Part shown: positions 22,299 through 31,623 of the stretch, piece by piece
Numbering within the stretch: position 1 is the first letter of the stretch
Layout of the letters: each line of letters starts with the position of its first letter
NCBI GenBank assembly: GCA_016699145.1
Contig: CP064962.1
Coordinates: 300,001-332,000, forward strand
Source: Candidatus Saccharimonadota bacterium
Lineage (GTDB): Bacteria; Patescibacteriota; Gracilibacteria; UBA1369; 2-02-FULL-48-14
Direction: 5' to 3'
DNA: 32,000 bases
Notes under the pieces: model-generated
What the model was told of the DNA's origin: nothing
What the model saw: only the letters and a program-made list of their open reading frames with translations
Database searches by the model: none
Made by a program: the position numbers and the translations under genes

Positions 22299-24356
22299 AT
22301 GGATATTTCAGTACTCGCAATAGGAGCCAGCGTGCTCGCACTTGTCTGGGCCGGAGTGCTCATCGTGAACGTGCTGTCTAAAAACGATGGCGACGAACGC
22401 ATGAGTCAAATCGCCGCCTCCATTCAAGAAGGAGCCATGGCCTACCTCAACCGTCAATACAAGACTTTGGCCCTTTTCACCATCCTCTTCTTTTTACTGC
22501 TCGGTTTTGGTCTTCCCGAAAACGGAATGATCACCGCCGTCGGCTTTTTGGTTGGAGCCATTTTCTCGGCCCTCGCCGGTTATATTGGAATGGGGGTTGC
22601 CGTGCGTGCCAATGTACGCACCGCTGAAGCGGCCAAGCAAAGTTTGCCTGCCGCTCTCAATGTGGCTTTCAAAGGAGGCGCCGTGACCGGTCTCGCTGTA
22701 GTGGGACTCGCCTTGCTCGGAGTTTCCGGTTTTTACTGGATACTCACCGTTTCCATGGGCATCACTGTGGATAAAGCACCTGGAATGCTGATCGGATTCG
22801 CTTTCGGAGCGTCTCTCATCTCTCTTTTTGCTCGTGTGGGAGGAGGAATTTACACCAAAGCGGCCGACGTGGGTGCCGACCTCGTGGGTAAGATTGAAAA
22901 AGGAATCCCTGAAGACGATCCTCGAAACCCTGCAGTGATCGCCGATAACGTAGGAGACAATGTGGGGGACTGCGCCGGAATGGGAGCAGACCTCTTCGAA
23001 ACCTATGCCGTGACCCTCATCGCTGCCATGATTTTGGCGGCCTCCACTCTCACCACTAAAATCGGTGAAGTGGGCGTGACCTATCCTCTCGCACTCGGTG
23101 CCGTGGCCGTACTCGCGACCATCATCGGTCTTTATTTTGTGCGCCTCGCTCCAGGTAAGAAGAACATCATGGGCGCCCTCTACCGTGGAACCATCGCCAC
23201 AGGACTCATCTCTGCCGTTGCATTCTACTTTGTGACGAAGGAAATGATCAACGACATGAACATCTACTACGCAGGCCTCGTCGGTCTCGCCCTCACCTTA
23301 GTGATCAACGTCGCAACCGAGTACTACACTTCTAAGGACTACAACCCTGTACGTTCCATTGCAAAGGCCTCTGAAACAGGAGCTGGAACCAATCTCATTG
23401 CCGGTCTCGCTCAAGGAATGTTCTCCACCTTCCCCATGGTCATCGCCATCGTGGCCGCCATGTTCGGGTCTTACTGGCTGGGAGCTCACTCTACTCTTGA
23501 AAGCGGAGTGTATGGAATCGCCATCGCAGCCGTAGCCATGCTTTCCACCACAGGTATGGTGATCGCAATGGATTCCTATGGACCCATCACCGACAACGCC
23601 GGAGGAATTGCTGAAATGTCCAAGCTCTCTGAAAAAGTCCGTGAAAACACCGACGCACTCGATGCGGTCGGGAACACCACCAAGGCCGTGACCAAGGGGT
23701 ACGCGATCGGTTCCGCCGCTCTGGCTGCCCTCGTGCTCTTCCAAGCCTACGGCGAAGAACTCTTTAAAAACAGTGGAACTGAATTCATCTTCAACCTATC
23801 TGATTATCGCGTGATGATCGGTCTCTTTTTAGGAGGAGCCCTTCCCTTCCTCTTCTCCGGCTTCCTCATGCAAGCTGTGGGACGAGCAGGCTTCAGCATC
23901 GTTGAAGAAGTGCGCCGCCAATTCCGTGAGATCAAAGGCATCATGGAAGGCAAGGCTCGCCCCGACTACGGCGCTTGCGTGGACATCGTGACCAAGGCCG
24001 CTCTCAAAGAAATGATCCTTCCTGGACTCATCGCCGTGTTCAGTCCCATCATCGTCGGCTTCGTTTTCGGGCCCTTGGCCCTCGGAGGAATGCTCGGCGG
24101 AGTGATCATCACCGGTCTGCTCATGGCCATCAACATGAGCAACGCCGGAGGAGCGTGGGACAACGCAAAGAAGTACGTTGAAGACGGACACGGAGGGGGC
24201 AAGGGTTCAGACACCCACAAAGCCGCCGTCGTCGGAGACACCGTGGGCGACCCTTATAAGGACACCGCCGGACCTGCCTTGAACGCCCTCATCAAAGTGA
24301 TCAACACCGTAGCCCTCATCCTGGCTCCGATCATTGTGATGCACTCTTGGCTTTAA
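22299..24356 (+). CDS. hppA: Membrane-bound H+-translocating pyrophosphatase, K+-independent type
   Basis: Full-length M-PPase pattern ([55 protein letters not shown]). The GNTTKA motif has Lys rather than Ala, which is the established marker of K+-independent enzymes. Start chosen at ATG 22299 ([10 protein letters not shown]...). Confidence 0.92.
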   Translation: MDISVLAIGASVLALVWAGVLIVNVLSKNDGDERMSQIAASIQEGAMAYLNRQYKTLALFTILFFLLLGFGLPENGMITAVGFLVGAIFSALAGYIGMGVAVRANVRTAEAAKQSLPAALNVAFKGGAVTGLAVVGLALLGVSGFYWILTVSMGITVDKAPGMLIGFAFGASLISLFARVGGGIYTKAADVGADLVGKIEKGIPEDDPRNPAVIADNVGDNVGDCAGMGADLFETYAVTLIAAMILAASTLTTKIGEVGVTYPLALGAVAVLATIIGLYFVRLAPGKKNIMGALYRGTIATGLISAVAFYFVTKEMINDMNIYYAGLVGLALTLVINVATEYYTSKDYNPVRSIAKASETGAGTNLIAGLAQGMFSTFPMVIAIVAAMFGSYWLGAHSTLESGVYGIAIAAVAMLSTTGMVIAMDSYGPITDNAGGIAEMSKLSEKVRENTDALDAVGNTTKAVTKGYAIGSAALAALVLFQAYGEELFKNSGTEFIFNLSDYRVMIGLFLGGALPFLFSGFLMQAVGRAGFSIVEEVRRQFREIKGIMEGKARPDYGACVDIVTKAALKEMILPGLIAVFSPIIVGFVFGPLALGGMLGGVIITGLLMAINMSNAGGAWDNAKKYVEDGHGGGKGSDTHKAAVVGDTVGDPYKDTAGPALNALIKVINTVALILAPIIVMHSWL

Positions 24357-24380
24357 ACGTTTTGAACTTTACGATTTAAA

Positions 24381-24410
24381 AAGAGACCTCCAAAGGGGGG
24401 TCTCTTTTTT
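24381..24410 (+). terminator. Rho-independent terminator after hppA
   Basis: AGAGACC (24382-24388) pairs with GGTCTCT (24399-24405) and is followed by a T-run ending at 24410. Confidence 0.75.
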
Positions 24411-24525
24411 AGGGTCGTGCTGAAGAAAAACTGAAATGATTTTGTGTCAACGACAATCACACATAAAACCTTCTCTTCCAAATGAAAAATTTGCTAGCAT
24501 AACCTCTCCTATCGCCCTTGCTTCA

Positions 24526-24765
24526 ATGCCCTGGAATCCTTTCAAATTCAAGTACAACGCTGCTTATCTTAAAGAGGAAGGTTCGCACGCCATCTTGGAA
24601 CTGAGACGTGGCACCCAAACCGAACTCATCTACTTTCCAAAAAGCCTTTTGCCTCTTGAGGCAACGGTAGGCTCCAGCTTCACACTCAAAATTGAAGACA
24701 GTGAAACAGCTCAAAGTTCTGAAGCAAAAACCATGCAGAGGCTTTTGGAACAGCTCATTCAATAA
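24526..24765 (+). CDS. Small hypothetical protein (79 aa), possibly DUF3006-like
   Basis: Starts at ATG 24526 (MPWNPFKFKYNAAYLKEEGSHAILELRRGTQTELIYFPKSLLPLEATVGSSFTLKIED...). The pattern resembles DUF3006, but this is only my recollection of the family. The longer ORF-track start at 24436 is less plausible. Confidence 0.5.
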   Translation: MPWNPFKFKYNAAYLKEEGSHAILELRRGTQTELIYFPKSLLPLEATVGSSFTLKIEDSETAQSSEAKTMQRLLEQLIQ

Positions 24766-24777
24766 AAATCTGCTCCC

Positions 24778-25035
24778 ATGAAAAAACTCTTCTTCTTTCT
24801 TTTAATGACCGCTGCCCTTGCCGCATGCACCCACCAGAACCCAGCTTGGCAAGGTTTCTACTATCCTTCCGGCTCTGCGGAAGACGGCTTTGAAACACAA
24901 AGTTTCGTCAGCAATGAGGCTTGTGAAAACTGGACTTTCGAAAAAATGGGTAATGAAACTACAGAAGGTGAACACTCTTACTGCGGCTACAATTGCAGTT
25001 ATGATGATGAAGGCCAGTATGGCTGTGAACTTTAG
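24778..25035 (+). CDS. Small Cys-containing lipoprotein (85 aa)
   Basis: MKKLFFFLLMTAALAAC has a canonical lipobox (LAAC). The mature part contains 5 further Cys. Confidence 0.65.
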   Translation: MKKLFFFLLMTAALAACTHQNPAWQGFYYPSGSAEDGFETQSFVSNEACENWTFEKMGNETTEGEHSYCGYNCSYDDEGQYGCEL

Positions 25036-25039
25036 CACG

Positions 25040-25066
25040 AAAAAAGCCCCGCAAGCGGGGCTTTTT
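25040..25066. terminator. Bidirectional intrinsic terminator between the convergent lipoprotein gene and rplY
   Basis: An A-run precedes the stem AGCCCCG (25045-25051), loop CAAG and stem CGGGGCT (25056-25062), followed by a T-run ending at 25066. Confidence 0.75.
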
Positions 25067-25085
25067 AGTTTTGCAAGCGAAACAA

Positions 25086-25751
25086 TTACTCTTCCTTCTT
25101 TTCGGTGGCAGCCCCTTCGGCCGCTCCTTCATCCTTCTTTTCTGTGGTCACTTCCACTGTAGATACATCCACTGCCTCAACAGGAGCCACTTCTTCTTCA
25201 TTGGCCACCGTCAAGGAAATAACGGAAGCTTCAGAATCCGCAGTGATTTTTACATTCGCAGGAGCCACGAGATCAGAAACGTGGATGGAAGAACCGAGAT
25301 CCACGAGGGATTCGATGTTCACCACAATCTCATGAGGCAAATACGCAGGAAGACAGGTCACTTCCACTTCGTCCATATTCTGGATCAAAATAGCACCCGT
25401 ATCTCGTACAGCTGGCGATTGTCCCTCCAAACGAAGAGGCACATTGGCCGTAATCTCTTGGTCCATGCGCACATTGATGAGCTCAACATAGGCAATATCA
25501 TCGGTCACAGGGTGGGTGTCCACGCGATGCACAATCACATTTTTTTTCCCCTTTCCATCCACATCGAGTTCAATCACCGTATTCATCCCCGCAGTGCGGT
25601 ACAAACGACGGAAGTCCCCGTAATTAACGGTGAGGCTCATGTTTTCTATTCCTTTCCCATAGTATTCAACGGGAATAAGAGACGCTCGACGAAGGTTTTT
25701 CGCGAGAACAGATTTATCTCGAACAGATGCAGAAAGTGTTGCTTTATCCAT
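25086..25751 (-). CDS. rplY: 50S ribosomal protein L25, long Ctc form
   Basis: LSASVRDKSVLAKNLRRASLIPVEYYGKGIENMSLTVNYGDFRRLY...VIVHRVDTHPVTDDIAYVELINV matches L25/Ctc. An acidic C-terminal tail is present. Confidence 0.9.
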   Translation of the reverse strand: MDKATLSASVRDKSVLAKNLRRASLIPVEYYGKGIENMSLTVNYGDFRRLYRTAGMNTVIELDVDGKGKKNVIVHRVDTHPVTDDIAYVELINVRMDQEITANVPLRLEGQSPAVRDTGAILIQNMDEVEVTCLPAYLPHEIVVNIESLVDLGSSIHVSDLVAPANVKITADSEASVISLTVANEEEVAPVEAVDVSTVEVTTEKKDEGAAEGAATEKKEE

Positions 25752-25819
25752 AAAAACTAAGAATGCGGAGGGATTTTAACGAGAGCCAAAGGAGAAAGCA
25801 AGCTTAAATTCACTTTATG

Positions 25820-25849
25820 TTGGAACAACACGCAAACTAGCAGTATAAT
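25820..25849 (+). promoter_or_regulatory. Sigma70-like promoter candidate for ybaB-mltG
   Basis: TTGGAA at 25820-25825, an 18-nt spacer, then a perfect TATAAT at 25844-25849. This sits 28 nt upstream of ATG 25878. Confidence 0.5.
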
Positions 25850-25877
25850 CCCAGCGCTTTAACTCTAACGCAAAACC

Positions 25878-26204
25878 ATGGGACTCTTTGGACAGGCTAA
25901 AGACCTTTATAAACTTCAAAAGAAAGCCAAACAGATTAAGGAAGAACTCAAAAACCTCCACATTGAAGCCGAAGTGGAAGGGATAAAAGTCGTGATCAAT
26001 GCCGAGCAAGAGGTGCAGGATGTGTTCATCCCCGAGGAAATGATGAAACCTGAAAATGTAGAAAAGCTGCAAAACGCACTCAAAACCGTCTTCAACAAAG
26101 CCATCAAAAAAGCCCAGGAAGTGGCCGCAGAGCGCATGCGCGACATGATGGGCGACCTCGGTATGGCCATGCCTGGAGCCGAAGGCGAACTCCCTCAAGC
26201 TTAG
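25878..26204 (+). CDS. ybaB: Nucleoid-associated protein YbaB/EbfC
   Basis: 108 aa. LYKLQKKAKQIKEELKNLHIEAEVEGIKVVINAEQEVQDVFI...LQNALKTVFNKAIKKAQEV is a typical YbaB pattern. Confidence 0.85.
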   Translation: MGLFGQAKDLYKLQKKAKQIKEELKNLHIEAEVEGIKVVINAEQEVQDVFIPEEMMKPENVEKLQNALKTVFNKAIKKAQEVAAERMRDMMGDLGMAMPGAEGELPQA

Positions 26205-26219
26205 TCACAAACTCAACTC

Positions 26220-27218
26220 ATGGAAAAACGAATCCTTCAATTCCTTTGCTTGCTTGTACTCCTTATTGGAGCCTGGCATTTCTGGAATCCTTTTTGGAAA
26301 AGCGACCTCAACGAAGCCGTGGATTCCACGAGCAGCGAAAAAATCGTTTTCTCTGTTGAAAAAGGTTCCAGCGCCAAACAAATCGCCGGTGCTCTAGAAA
26401 GTGCAGACCTGATTGTGAGCGAAAACAGTTTTGTAAAAACCGTGGAAAACGAAGGCCTGGATGGAAAACTTCGTTACGGCAGCTTCGTACTCAGCCCCAG
26501 CATGACCCTGCGCGAAGTGGTGACCGTGCTCACCACCGAAGGCACCGGAGAACTCGCCTTCACCGTACCTGAAGGATGGACTATTGAAGACATGGACCTA
26601 AAACTCACCGAACTCGGTCTGATTGAAGCGGGGGCTTTTAAAGAATGTACTCTTCAATGTGACTTCAGCTACGACTTCCTCGACGAAAACCAAAACCTAG
26701 AAGGTTACCTCTTCCCAGACACCTATTTTGTAGACAGCGCTACTTTCAGTGTGGAAAGCCTCATCAATCAAATGTTACAAAATTTCGATAAAAAATGGAC
26801 GGAGAAAATGCAAGCCACTTTGGATGCCTCAGGAAGAACCCTCGACGAACTCGTGAACGTCGCCTCCATGCTTGAAAAAGAAGTGCGTACCCAGCCCGAT
26901 TTACCGCTTGTGGCCGGCATCATTTGGAAGCGCCTGGACGACGACTGGACGCTCGGCATCGACGCCACTCTTCTCTATAAAGACGAGGACCACAGCCTCA
27001 CCGCCGAAGATTTGGCAGAAGAAAGTCCCTACAACACCCGCTTAAACACCGGACTCCCTCCAACGCCCATCTGCAACCCAGGCCTCGCCAGCTTAGAAGC
27101 CGCTCTTGAACCCAAGGCAAGCGATTACTGGTTTTACCTCACCGACAGCGAAGGAGACGTGCATTATGCAAGCACCAATGCAGAGCACGAGGAAAACAAG
27201 GCGGCGTACATTGAGTAG
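26220..27218 (+). CDS. mltG: Endolytic murein transglycosylase MltG (YceG family)
   Basis: An N-terminal TM is followed by YceG motifs (ASMLEKEV, YNTRLNTGLPPTPICNPGLASLEAAL, YWFYL). Confidence 0.88.
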   Translation: MEKRILQFLCLLVLLIGAWHFWNPFWKSDLNEAVDSTSSEKIVFSVEKGSSAKQIAGALESADLIVSENSFVKTVENEGLDGKLRYGSFVLSPSMTLREVVTVLTTEGTGELAFTVPEGWTIEDMDLKLTELGLIEAGAFKECTLQCDFSYDFLDENQNLEGYLFPDTYFVDSATFSVESLINQMLQNFDKKWTEKMQATLDASGRTLDELVNVASMLEKEVRTQPDLPLVAGIIWKRLDDDWTLGIDATLLYKDEDHSLTAEDLAEESPYNTRLNTGLPPTPICNPGLASLEAALEPKASDYWFYLTDSEGDVHYASTNAEHEENKAAYIE

Positions 27219-27227
27219 AGGCCACCC

Positions 27228-28412
27228 CTAAAACTCCGCATTGATGGTCACCACGACCGGCGCACTTTGAGTGCCATCCGCTGCGGTCGCCACAACAGTG
27301 TAAGTATTGACTCCTGCTTTTAAATTGCCATAAGAGGCATCCGCTACATAACGGAAAGTTGCATCCCCCGGAGCAAAGCCCCCCAAAGTGTAAGGAGAGT
27401 TGTTGCCGGCCCAGGTCACCGTGACCGTTGCAGCGGTTCCACACGTGATGCTGCCCTCAATGGCAATGGCATCTTTTTGAATAGTCACATTCAGGCCCGG
27501 CGAAGTCACTGAGGCACATAAGCCAGCCACGGGCGTTTCGGGTTCCACAGGTTCAGGCGTTTCGGCTTCCACAGGTTCATCCGTTTCCTCGGTTTCCTCA
27601 TCCACTTCCTCTTCTGCAAGCTCTTCTTTATCCGGGGCCGGTTCTTCTGCTTCTTGAAAGGCAACGGCTGTACCCAAATTCCACATCACAAAACGATCAC
27701 CCACAAAATCGTCCCCGGCTTCCCCGAGCAAGTTGAGGCTCTCGCGAGCCAGCAAGGCCAGCTCCGCTTCTGAAGTTAAAATGGATTTTTTTCCTTTCTC
27801 GACACGCACGCTTTCAATGACCGAATCCCCTTGACTGCGATCCACATAATCGACTCTCATGCTGCCTTCAAAAGAATAGACGTACTGTTTGGTGCTCTGA
27901 TTGGCGATAAGAAAAACCCCCTGAGATGATTCCATATTCATGGTCTTGCCCTTCAAAAACAGATCGATGCTTTGCTCTTCAGAACTTTGCTTCACCCACA
28001 CCCGACCTGTTAGCAGCTCCAAACTCACCTGCGTCTCTTCTTCCGACACTTGAGCGTCTTCAAAACGGAGTTTTGTGTTTTCATCCAAACGGAGCTCCAT
28101 GTCATCGGCGAAACGCAAAGTCACTAAGCTGTCATTTTGAGTTTGCACAGTGTCTCCCACCAAAAACATCTGGGCATCCGCAGCCGGAGTCGCCTCGGTT
28201 TGTCCCCACTCCAAAACTTCGGCGCTTCCTTCATTGAGCGTCAAAGTGGCCTCATCTTTTTTCTCTTCCATCATGGAGCGCATAAAAGTCACACAAGCCT
28301 GCAACAAGAGCAGCAGAATGACCAAAACCACCACCAGCCAAAAAAAAGATTTGAAACCGCTGGAGCGTTTTTTGGACGAAGCTTGATAACGACGATAATA
28401 AGTATAATTCAT
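27228..28412 (-). CDS. Single-pass membrane protein with a FecR-like domain, an acidic Pro/Glu linker and a C-terminal Ig-like domain
   Basis: An N-terminal basic stretch precedes the TM (FFWLVVVLVILLLLL). The beta-rich region resembles the FecR fold. The EEPAPDKEELAEEEVDEETEETDEPVEAETPEPVEPETP linker follows. The gene starts 9 nt after the dnaA stop on the same strand. Confidence 0.7.
   Translation of the reverse strand: MNYTYYRRYQASSKKRSSGFKSFFWLVVVLVILLLLLQACVTFMRSMMEEKKDEATLTLNEGSAEVLEWGQTEATPAADAQMFLVGDTVQTQNDSLVTLRFADDMELRLDENTKLRFEDAQVSEEETQVSLELLTGRVWVKQSSEEQSIDLFLKGKTMNMESSQGVFLIANQSTKQYVYSFEGSMRVDYVDRSQGDSVIESVRVEKGKKSILTSEAELALLARESLNLLGEAGDDFVGDRFVMWNLGTAVAFQEAEEPAPDKEELAEEEVDEETEETDEPVEAETPEPVEPETPVAGLCASVTSPGLNVTIQKDAIAIEGSITCGTAATVTVTWAGNNSPYTLGGFAPGDATFRYVADASYGNLKAGVNTYTVVATAADGTQSAPVVVTINAEF
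27532..27579 (-). repeat. Two tandem 24-nt units with 1 mismatch inside the acidic linker coding region
   Basis: ggcgtttcgggttccacaggttca at 27532-27555 and ggcgtttcggcttccacaggttca at 27556-27579. On the minus strand the two units encode EPVEAETP and EPVEPETP. Confidence 0.9.
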
Positions 28413-28421
28413 TTGAACGTG

Positions 28422-29852
28422 TCAAAGACCCATTTCTTTCTTAATGGCATTCATGTCTCGCAGCAAGTTTTTATCTTTCTTGAGCTGTTTCTCCACTTTT
28501 TCACAGGCGTGCATCACCGTGGTGTGGTTCTTGCCTCCAAAGGCTTCTCCAATCTGTTCATAAGCGGCCCCGAGCTCATTTCGGATGAGATACATGGCCA
28601 CCTGACGAGGCAAAATCACATGGCTTTTTCGAGAGTCCCCCAGCATGTCTTCGGTCGAAAGCCGATAGTAAGAAGCCACCAATTCCAAAACATCTGCAAG
28701 ATGAATGCTGCGAGTTTCACGGAGTTCTCCTTCCTCTTCCAAACCTTCCAATTGAGTGCGTCCCAATTTTTTAATGATCTTGGCGACGGAGCGCACGGTG
28801 GGCGTGGAGTGTTCGAGCTGAGCTTGAGCAATGGCCTGAACGAAAACCCCTTCCAACTCACGCACACTTTCATGCACATTCATCGCAATGAATTGCAAAA
28901 CTTCTGGATGAATCAGCACTTCGTGTTCTCGACATTTGGAATGCAAAATAGCCAGGCGAGTCTCAAAATCCGGGAACTGCACATCCACAATCATTCCCAT
29001 TTCAAAACGACTCACCAGACGATCTTCCAGCTGATCCAGCTCCTTGGGCGTACGATCCGAACTGATGATGATTTGTTTTCCATTGTCATAAAGCTCGTTG
29101 AAGGTATGGAAAAATTCTTCTTGCGTACGGTCTTTGTTCGCCAAAAATTGAATGTCATCAATAATCAAAACATCCACTCTTCTGTACCGATCCTTGAATT
29201 CTTTGGAGTTGCGACGTCCGATGGCTTCCACAATTTCATTGGTGAAACGTTCGCTGGTCATGTAGACCACCACTTTATTGGGATCATTGCGCAGCACTTC
29301 ATTTCCAATAGCTTGCAAAAGATGAGTTTTCCCCAGCCCCACCCCTCCATAAATAAAGAGTGGATTGTACAAAGCCCCCGGCCTTTGCCCCACGGCCATG
29401 GCCGCGGCATGAGCCAAACGACTGCTGCCACCCACCACAAAATTTTGCAAACTGTATTTGGGGTTGAGGCACTTGCTCGAAATCCCTTCAATGAGGCGCA
29501 CTTCTTGCCTCCCAGGAAGTTTGCGCGATTTTTTTTCTTTGCCATTGAACAATTTAGTGACATCCAGCGAACGTACATCTTCGGGCAAAGCCAATTGCGG
29601 GTCCACTTCAAACATCACTTCACGCACCTGAGGATGCACCTTTTGAATGGCCTGCATCAGCTGAGATCCCAATTTGTGCTCCAGCCAATCCTTGGCAAAA
29701 ATATTGGGCACTCCCACCACCAAAAGTCCATCGTGATAAGAGAGGATGGCGGTGTTTTGAAACCAAGTGAGAAAGTGAGGCCTTTTTACATCTCCCTCCA
29801 CTTTTTCAAGGATGCGAAGCCAAAGGTCCTGTCCAGGAAGTACGGCATCCAT
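28422..29852 (-). CDS. dnaA: Chromosomal replication initiator protein DnaA
   Basis: Walker A GGVGLGKTHLLQAIGNE, IIDDIQFL, an arginine-finger region, and a C-terminal DNA-binding domain (VMHACEKV...). Confidence 0.95.
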   Translation of the reverse strand: MDAVLPGQDLWLRILEKVEGDVKRPHFLTWFQNTAILSYHDGLLVVGVPNIFAKDWLEHKLGSQLMQAIQKVHPQVREVMFEVDPQLALPEDVRSLDVTKLFNGKEKKSRKLPGRQEVRLIEGISSKCLNPKYSLQNFVVGGSSRLAHAAAMAVGQRPGALYNPLFIYGGVGLGKTHLLQAIGNEVLRNDPNKVVVYMTSERFTNEIVEAIGRRNSKEFKDRYRRVDVLIIDDIQFLANKDRTQEEFFHTFNELYDNGKQIIISSDRTPKELDQLEDRLVSRFEMGMIVDVQFPDFETRLAILHSKCREHEVLIHPEVLQFIAMNVHESVRELEGVFVQAIAQAQLEHSTPTVRSVAKIIKKLGRTQLEGLEEEGELRETRSIHLADVLELVASYYRLSTEDMLGDSRKSHVILPRQVAMYLIRNELGAAYEQIGEAFGGKNHTTVMHACEKVEKQLKKDKNLLRDMNAIKKEMGL

Positions 29853-29891
29853 AAATAAAATTTCAACTTATTGGACGCTCATAGTAGTAGG

Positions 29892-29930
29892 AATTGTGCA
29901 AAACTCGCAAGCCACAATTGTGCAAAACTC
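29892..29930 (-). promoter_or_regulatory. Two direct 15-nt repeats, each containing a relaxed-consensus DnaA box, upstream of dnaA
   Basis: AATTGTGCAAAACTC occurs at 29892-29906 and 29916-29930, a 24-nt period. The minus-strand reading contains TTTTGCACA, which fits TTWTNCACA. A degenerate third copy lies at 29949-29960. An AT-rich stretch at 29853-29874 lies next to the dnaA ATG. Confidence 0.45.
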
Positions 29931-29998
29931 TTTGACAGAAAAGCTCCCAATTGCAAAAGCTTAGTGCCTCCCAAAAAGTGAGCAACAAGCTCTAGTCT

Positions 29999-31609
29999 TT
30001 ACAGCAAGTTCAAAACGTCGTTGAAAGTGATGTATAAAATAAAGACGAGTAAAAACACAAAGCCAGCCAAATTCACAAGATTGGCCCAACGAGCCAAGCC
30101 CGAACGGCCCGTGACGGCCTTGAACAAAATGCCCGCAAAATGCCCTCCATCCAAAGCGGGGAAAGGCAGAATATTGATCACTCCCAAGCTCAAAGAAAGC
30201 ATGGCCACAAAACGCAAAGTGGCCGCAAAACCATCTTGAATGGTGATGCCCGTCATTTGAGCAATGCCCACGGGGCCCGAAACCCCTTCCGGCACTCCTT
30301 TTGCGGTAACAAATTGTTTTAAAACATCCACAAAAGTCACCGCTGTCACCTTACCCAAACGCCACATTTCCTGCAGCGCCACTCCAGGGGCAGAAAGCCC
30401 CAATTGCACTTCCTGCATCCCCATCAAAGTGAAAGGGACATAACCTTCATAAACCGAGGTTTTTCCAATGCTGGGCGCAAGATCCGCAAGGCCCACGCCC
30501 ATGCGGCCATCTTCGCGCAAAAGAATGGTCAGCGTCACCGTTTCACCTGTCGCTTGCTTCAAAACTTGCACACGGATAGATTCACCTGTTCCAGAACTTT
30601 GCTTGTGAGCCGAAATCAAATCCAAAATTTGCTGCGCCTTAACCACCTGAAACTCGGCCACACCCACAACGCGATCCCCCACCTGAAGCCCAGCCTGTTC
30701 CGCAGGAGAACCTTTTTCCACAAAACTAATGACCGGAGCCTCAGTAGGCAAAATTAAATCCAGATCAAAAGTCCCTAAATTCGGACGATAAACCTTCAAA
30801 ACAAGAGGCGAAACCAAGGTGTCCAAAGCCGTATCAAAATCTTCCAGCGAAAGCAAAGGATGCACTTGCCCCTCAGGATCTTTCACAGAAATCAAAACAT
30901 CTCCTTGTTGCAAGACACCATGAAAAAGCGCATCCACTTGATCTTGATAAACCACAGAAGGCAAAGCGAAAGCCTCCAATTCAATTTCATCCAAAAGCTG
31001 CGGATTCAAAACTTCCTGGCTTTGCGTGCCATCGGCATGCAGTACCGTAAGCTCGGGAGCAGTGCCTTCCTCCACTTCAAGCAAAGTGCTTTGCCATTCT
31101 TCAAAAGTTTCAAAGCCCAAAATTCGATCCCCCTCTTTAATTCGATCGGAAGTGGACTGCGAAACCACAAAGCCCGGTTCCACCTGCATGGTCCCATTGC
31201 GAAGACTGGAAAAAAAATCATCCGAAGTGGCAATCAGCGGCTCAATACCGACCCAAAAACCAATGGTGAGCAAAACAAAAGAGAGCATCAAATTCATCAG
31301 CACTCCAGCGCACACAATAAAAGCCTGCACCCTCAAGTGCTGATTGCGAAAACTGCGCTTACTGGTCTCCGCTTCTTTGCCGGCATCCCCTTCCCCGAGC
31401 ATGCGCACAAAACCTCCAAAGGGAATCCAGTTGATGGAATACAGTGTTTCGCCTTTTTTAAAGCCCCAAATGCGCGGGGGCAAACCCATGCCGAATTCCT
31501 CCACCTTTACGCCCGCTTTTTTTGCGGCAAAAAAATGCCCCGCCTCATGAATCAAAATGAGCAAGGAAAAAATAAGAAGGAAAGCAAGGACAGTAAAGAA
31601 GATGGACAT
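29999..31609 (-). CDS. rseP: RIP (site-2) zinc metalloprotease RseP, M50 family with PDZ domains
   Basis: HEAGHFFAAKKAGVKVEEFGMGLPPRIWGF...WIPFGGFVRMLGE carries the HExxH motif, and the C-terminal LSLGVINILPFPALDGGH carries the NxxPxxxLDG-type motif. The central region is PDZ-like. Confidence 0.9.
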   Translation of the reverse strand: MSIFFTVLAFLLIFSLLILIHEAGHFFAAKKAGVKVEEFGMGLPPRIWGFKKGETLYSINWIPFGGFVRMLGEGDAGKEAETSKRSFRNQHLRVQAFIVCAGVLMNLMLSFVLLTIGFWVGIEPLIATSDDFFSSLRNGTMQVEPGFVVSQSTSDRIKEGDRILGFETFEEWQSTLLEVEEGTAPELTVLHADGTQSQEVLNPQLLDEIELEAFALPSVVYQDQVDALFHGVLQQGDVLISVKDPEGQVHPLLSLEDFDTALDTLVSPLVLKVYRPNLGTFDLDLILPTEAPVISFVEKGSPAEQAGLQVGDRVVGVAEFQVVKAQQILDLISAHKQSSGTGESIRVQVLKQATGETVTLTILLREDGRMGVGLADLAPSIGKTSVYEGYVPFTLMGMQEVQLGLSAPGVALQEMWRLGKVTAVTFVDVLKQFVTAKGVPEGVSGPVGIAQMTGITIQDGFAATLRFVAMLSLSLGVINILPFPALDGGHFAGILFKAVTGRSGLARWANLVNLAGFVFLLVFILYITFNDVLNLL

Positions 31610-31623
31610 GGAGAAGGGTTAAA

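Noticed and set aside
22202-22402. A 66-aa minus-strand ORF across the hppA start.
   Set aside because: It is antisense to the well-supported hppA N-terminus and the leader inverted repeat, and it has no features of a real protein.
28137-29858. A 573-aa ORF on the + strand exactly antisense to dnaA. Similar long antisense ORFs lie at 1123-2136 (-), 5050-5952 (-), 6400-7113 (-), 10965-11906 (+), 25071-25760 (+) and 30860-31666 (+).
   Set aside because: Each lies opposite a gene with unmistakable conserved motifs (DnaA, GlnA, L25, RseP) or opposite the giant ORFs. Their translations are low-complexity (rich in H, F, R, S or G, V, A) with no recognisable domains. Long open antisense frames are expected when the sense strand avoids TTA, CTA and TCA codons.
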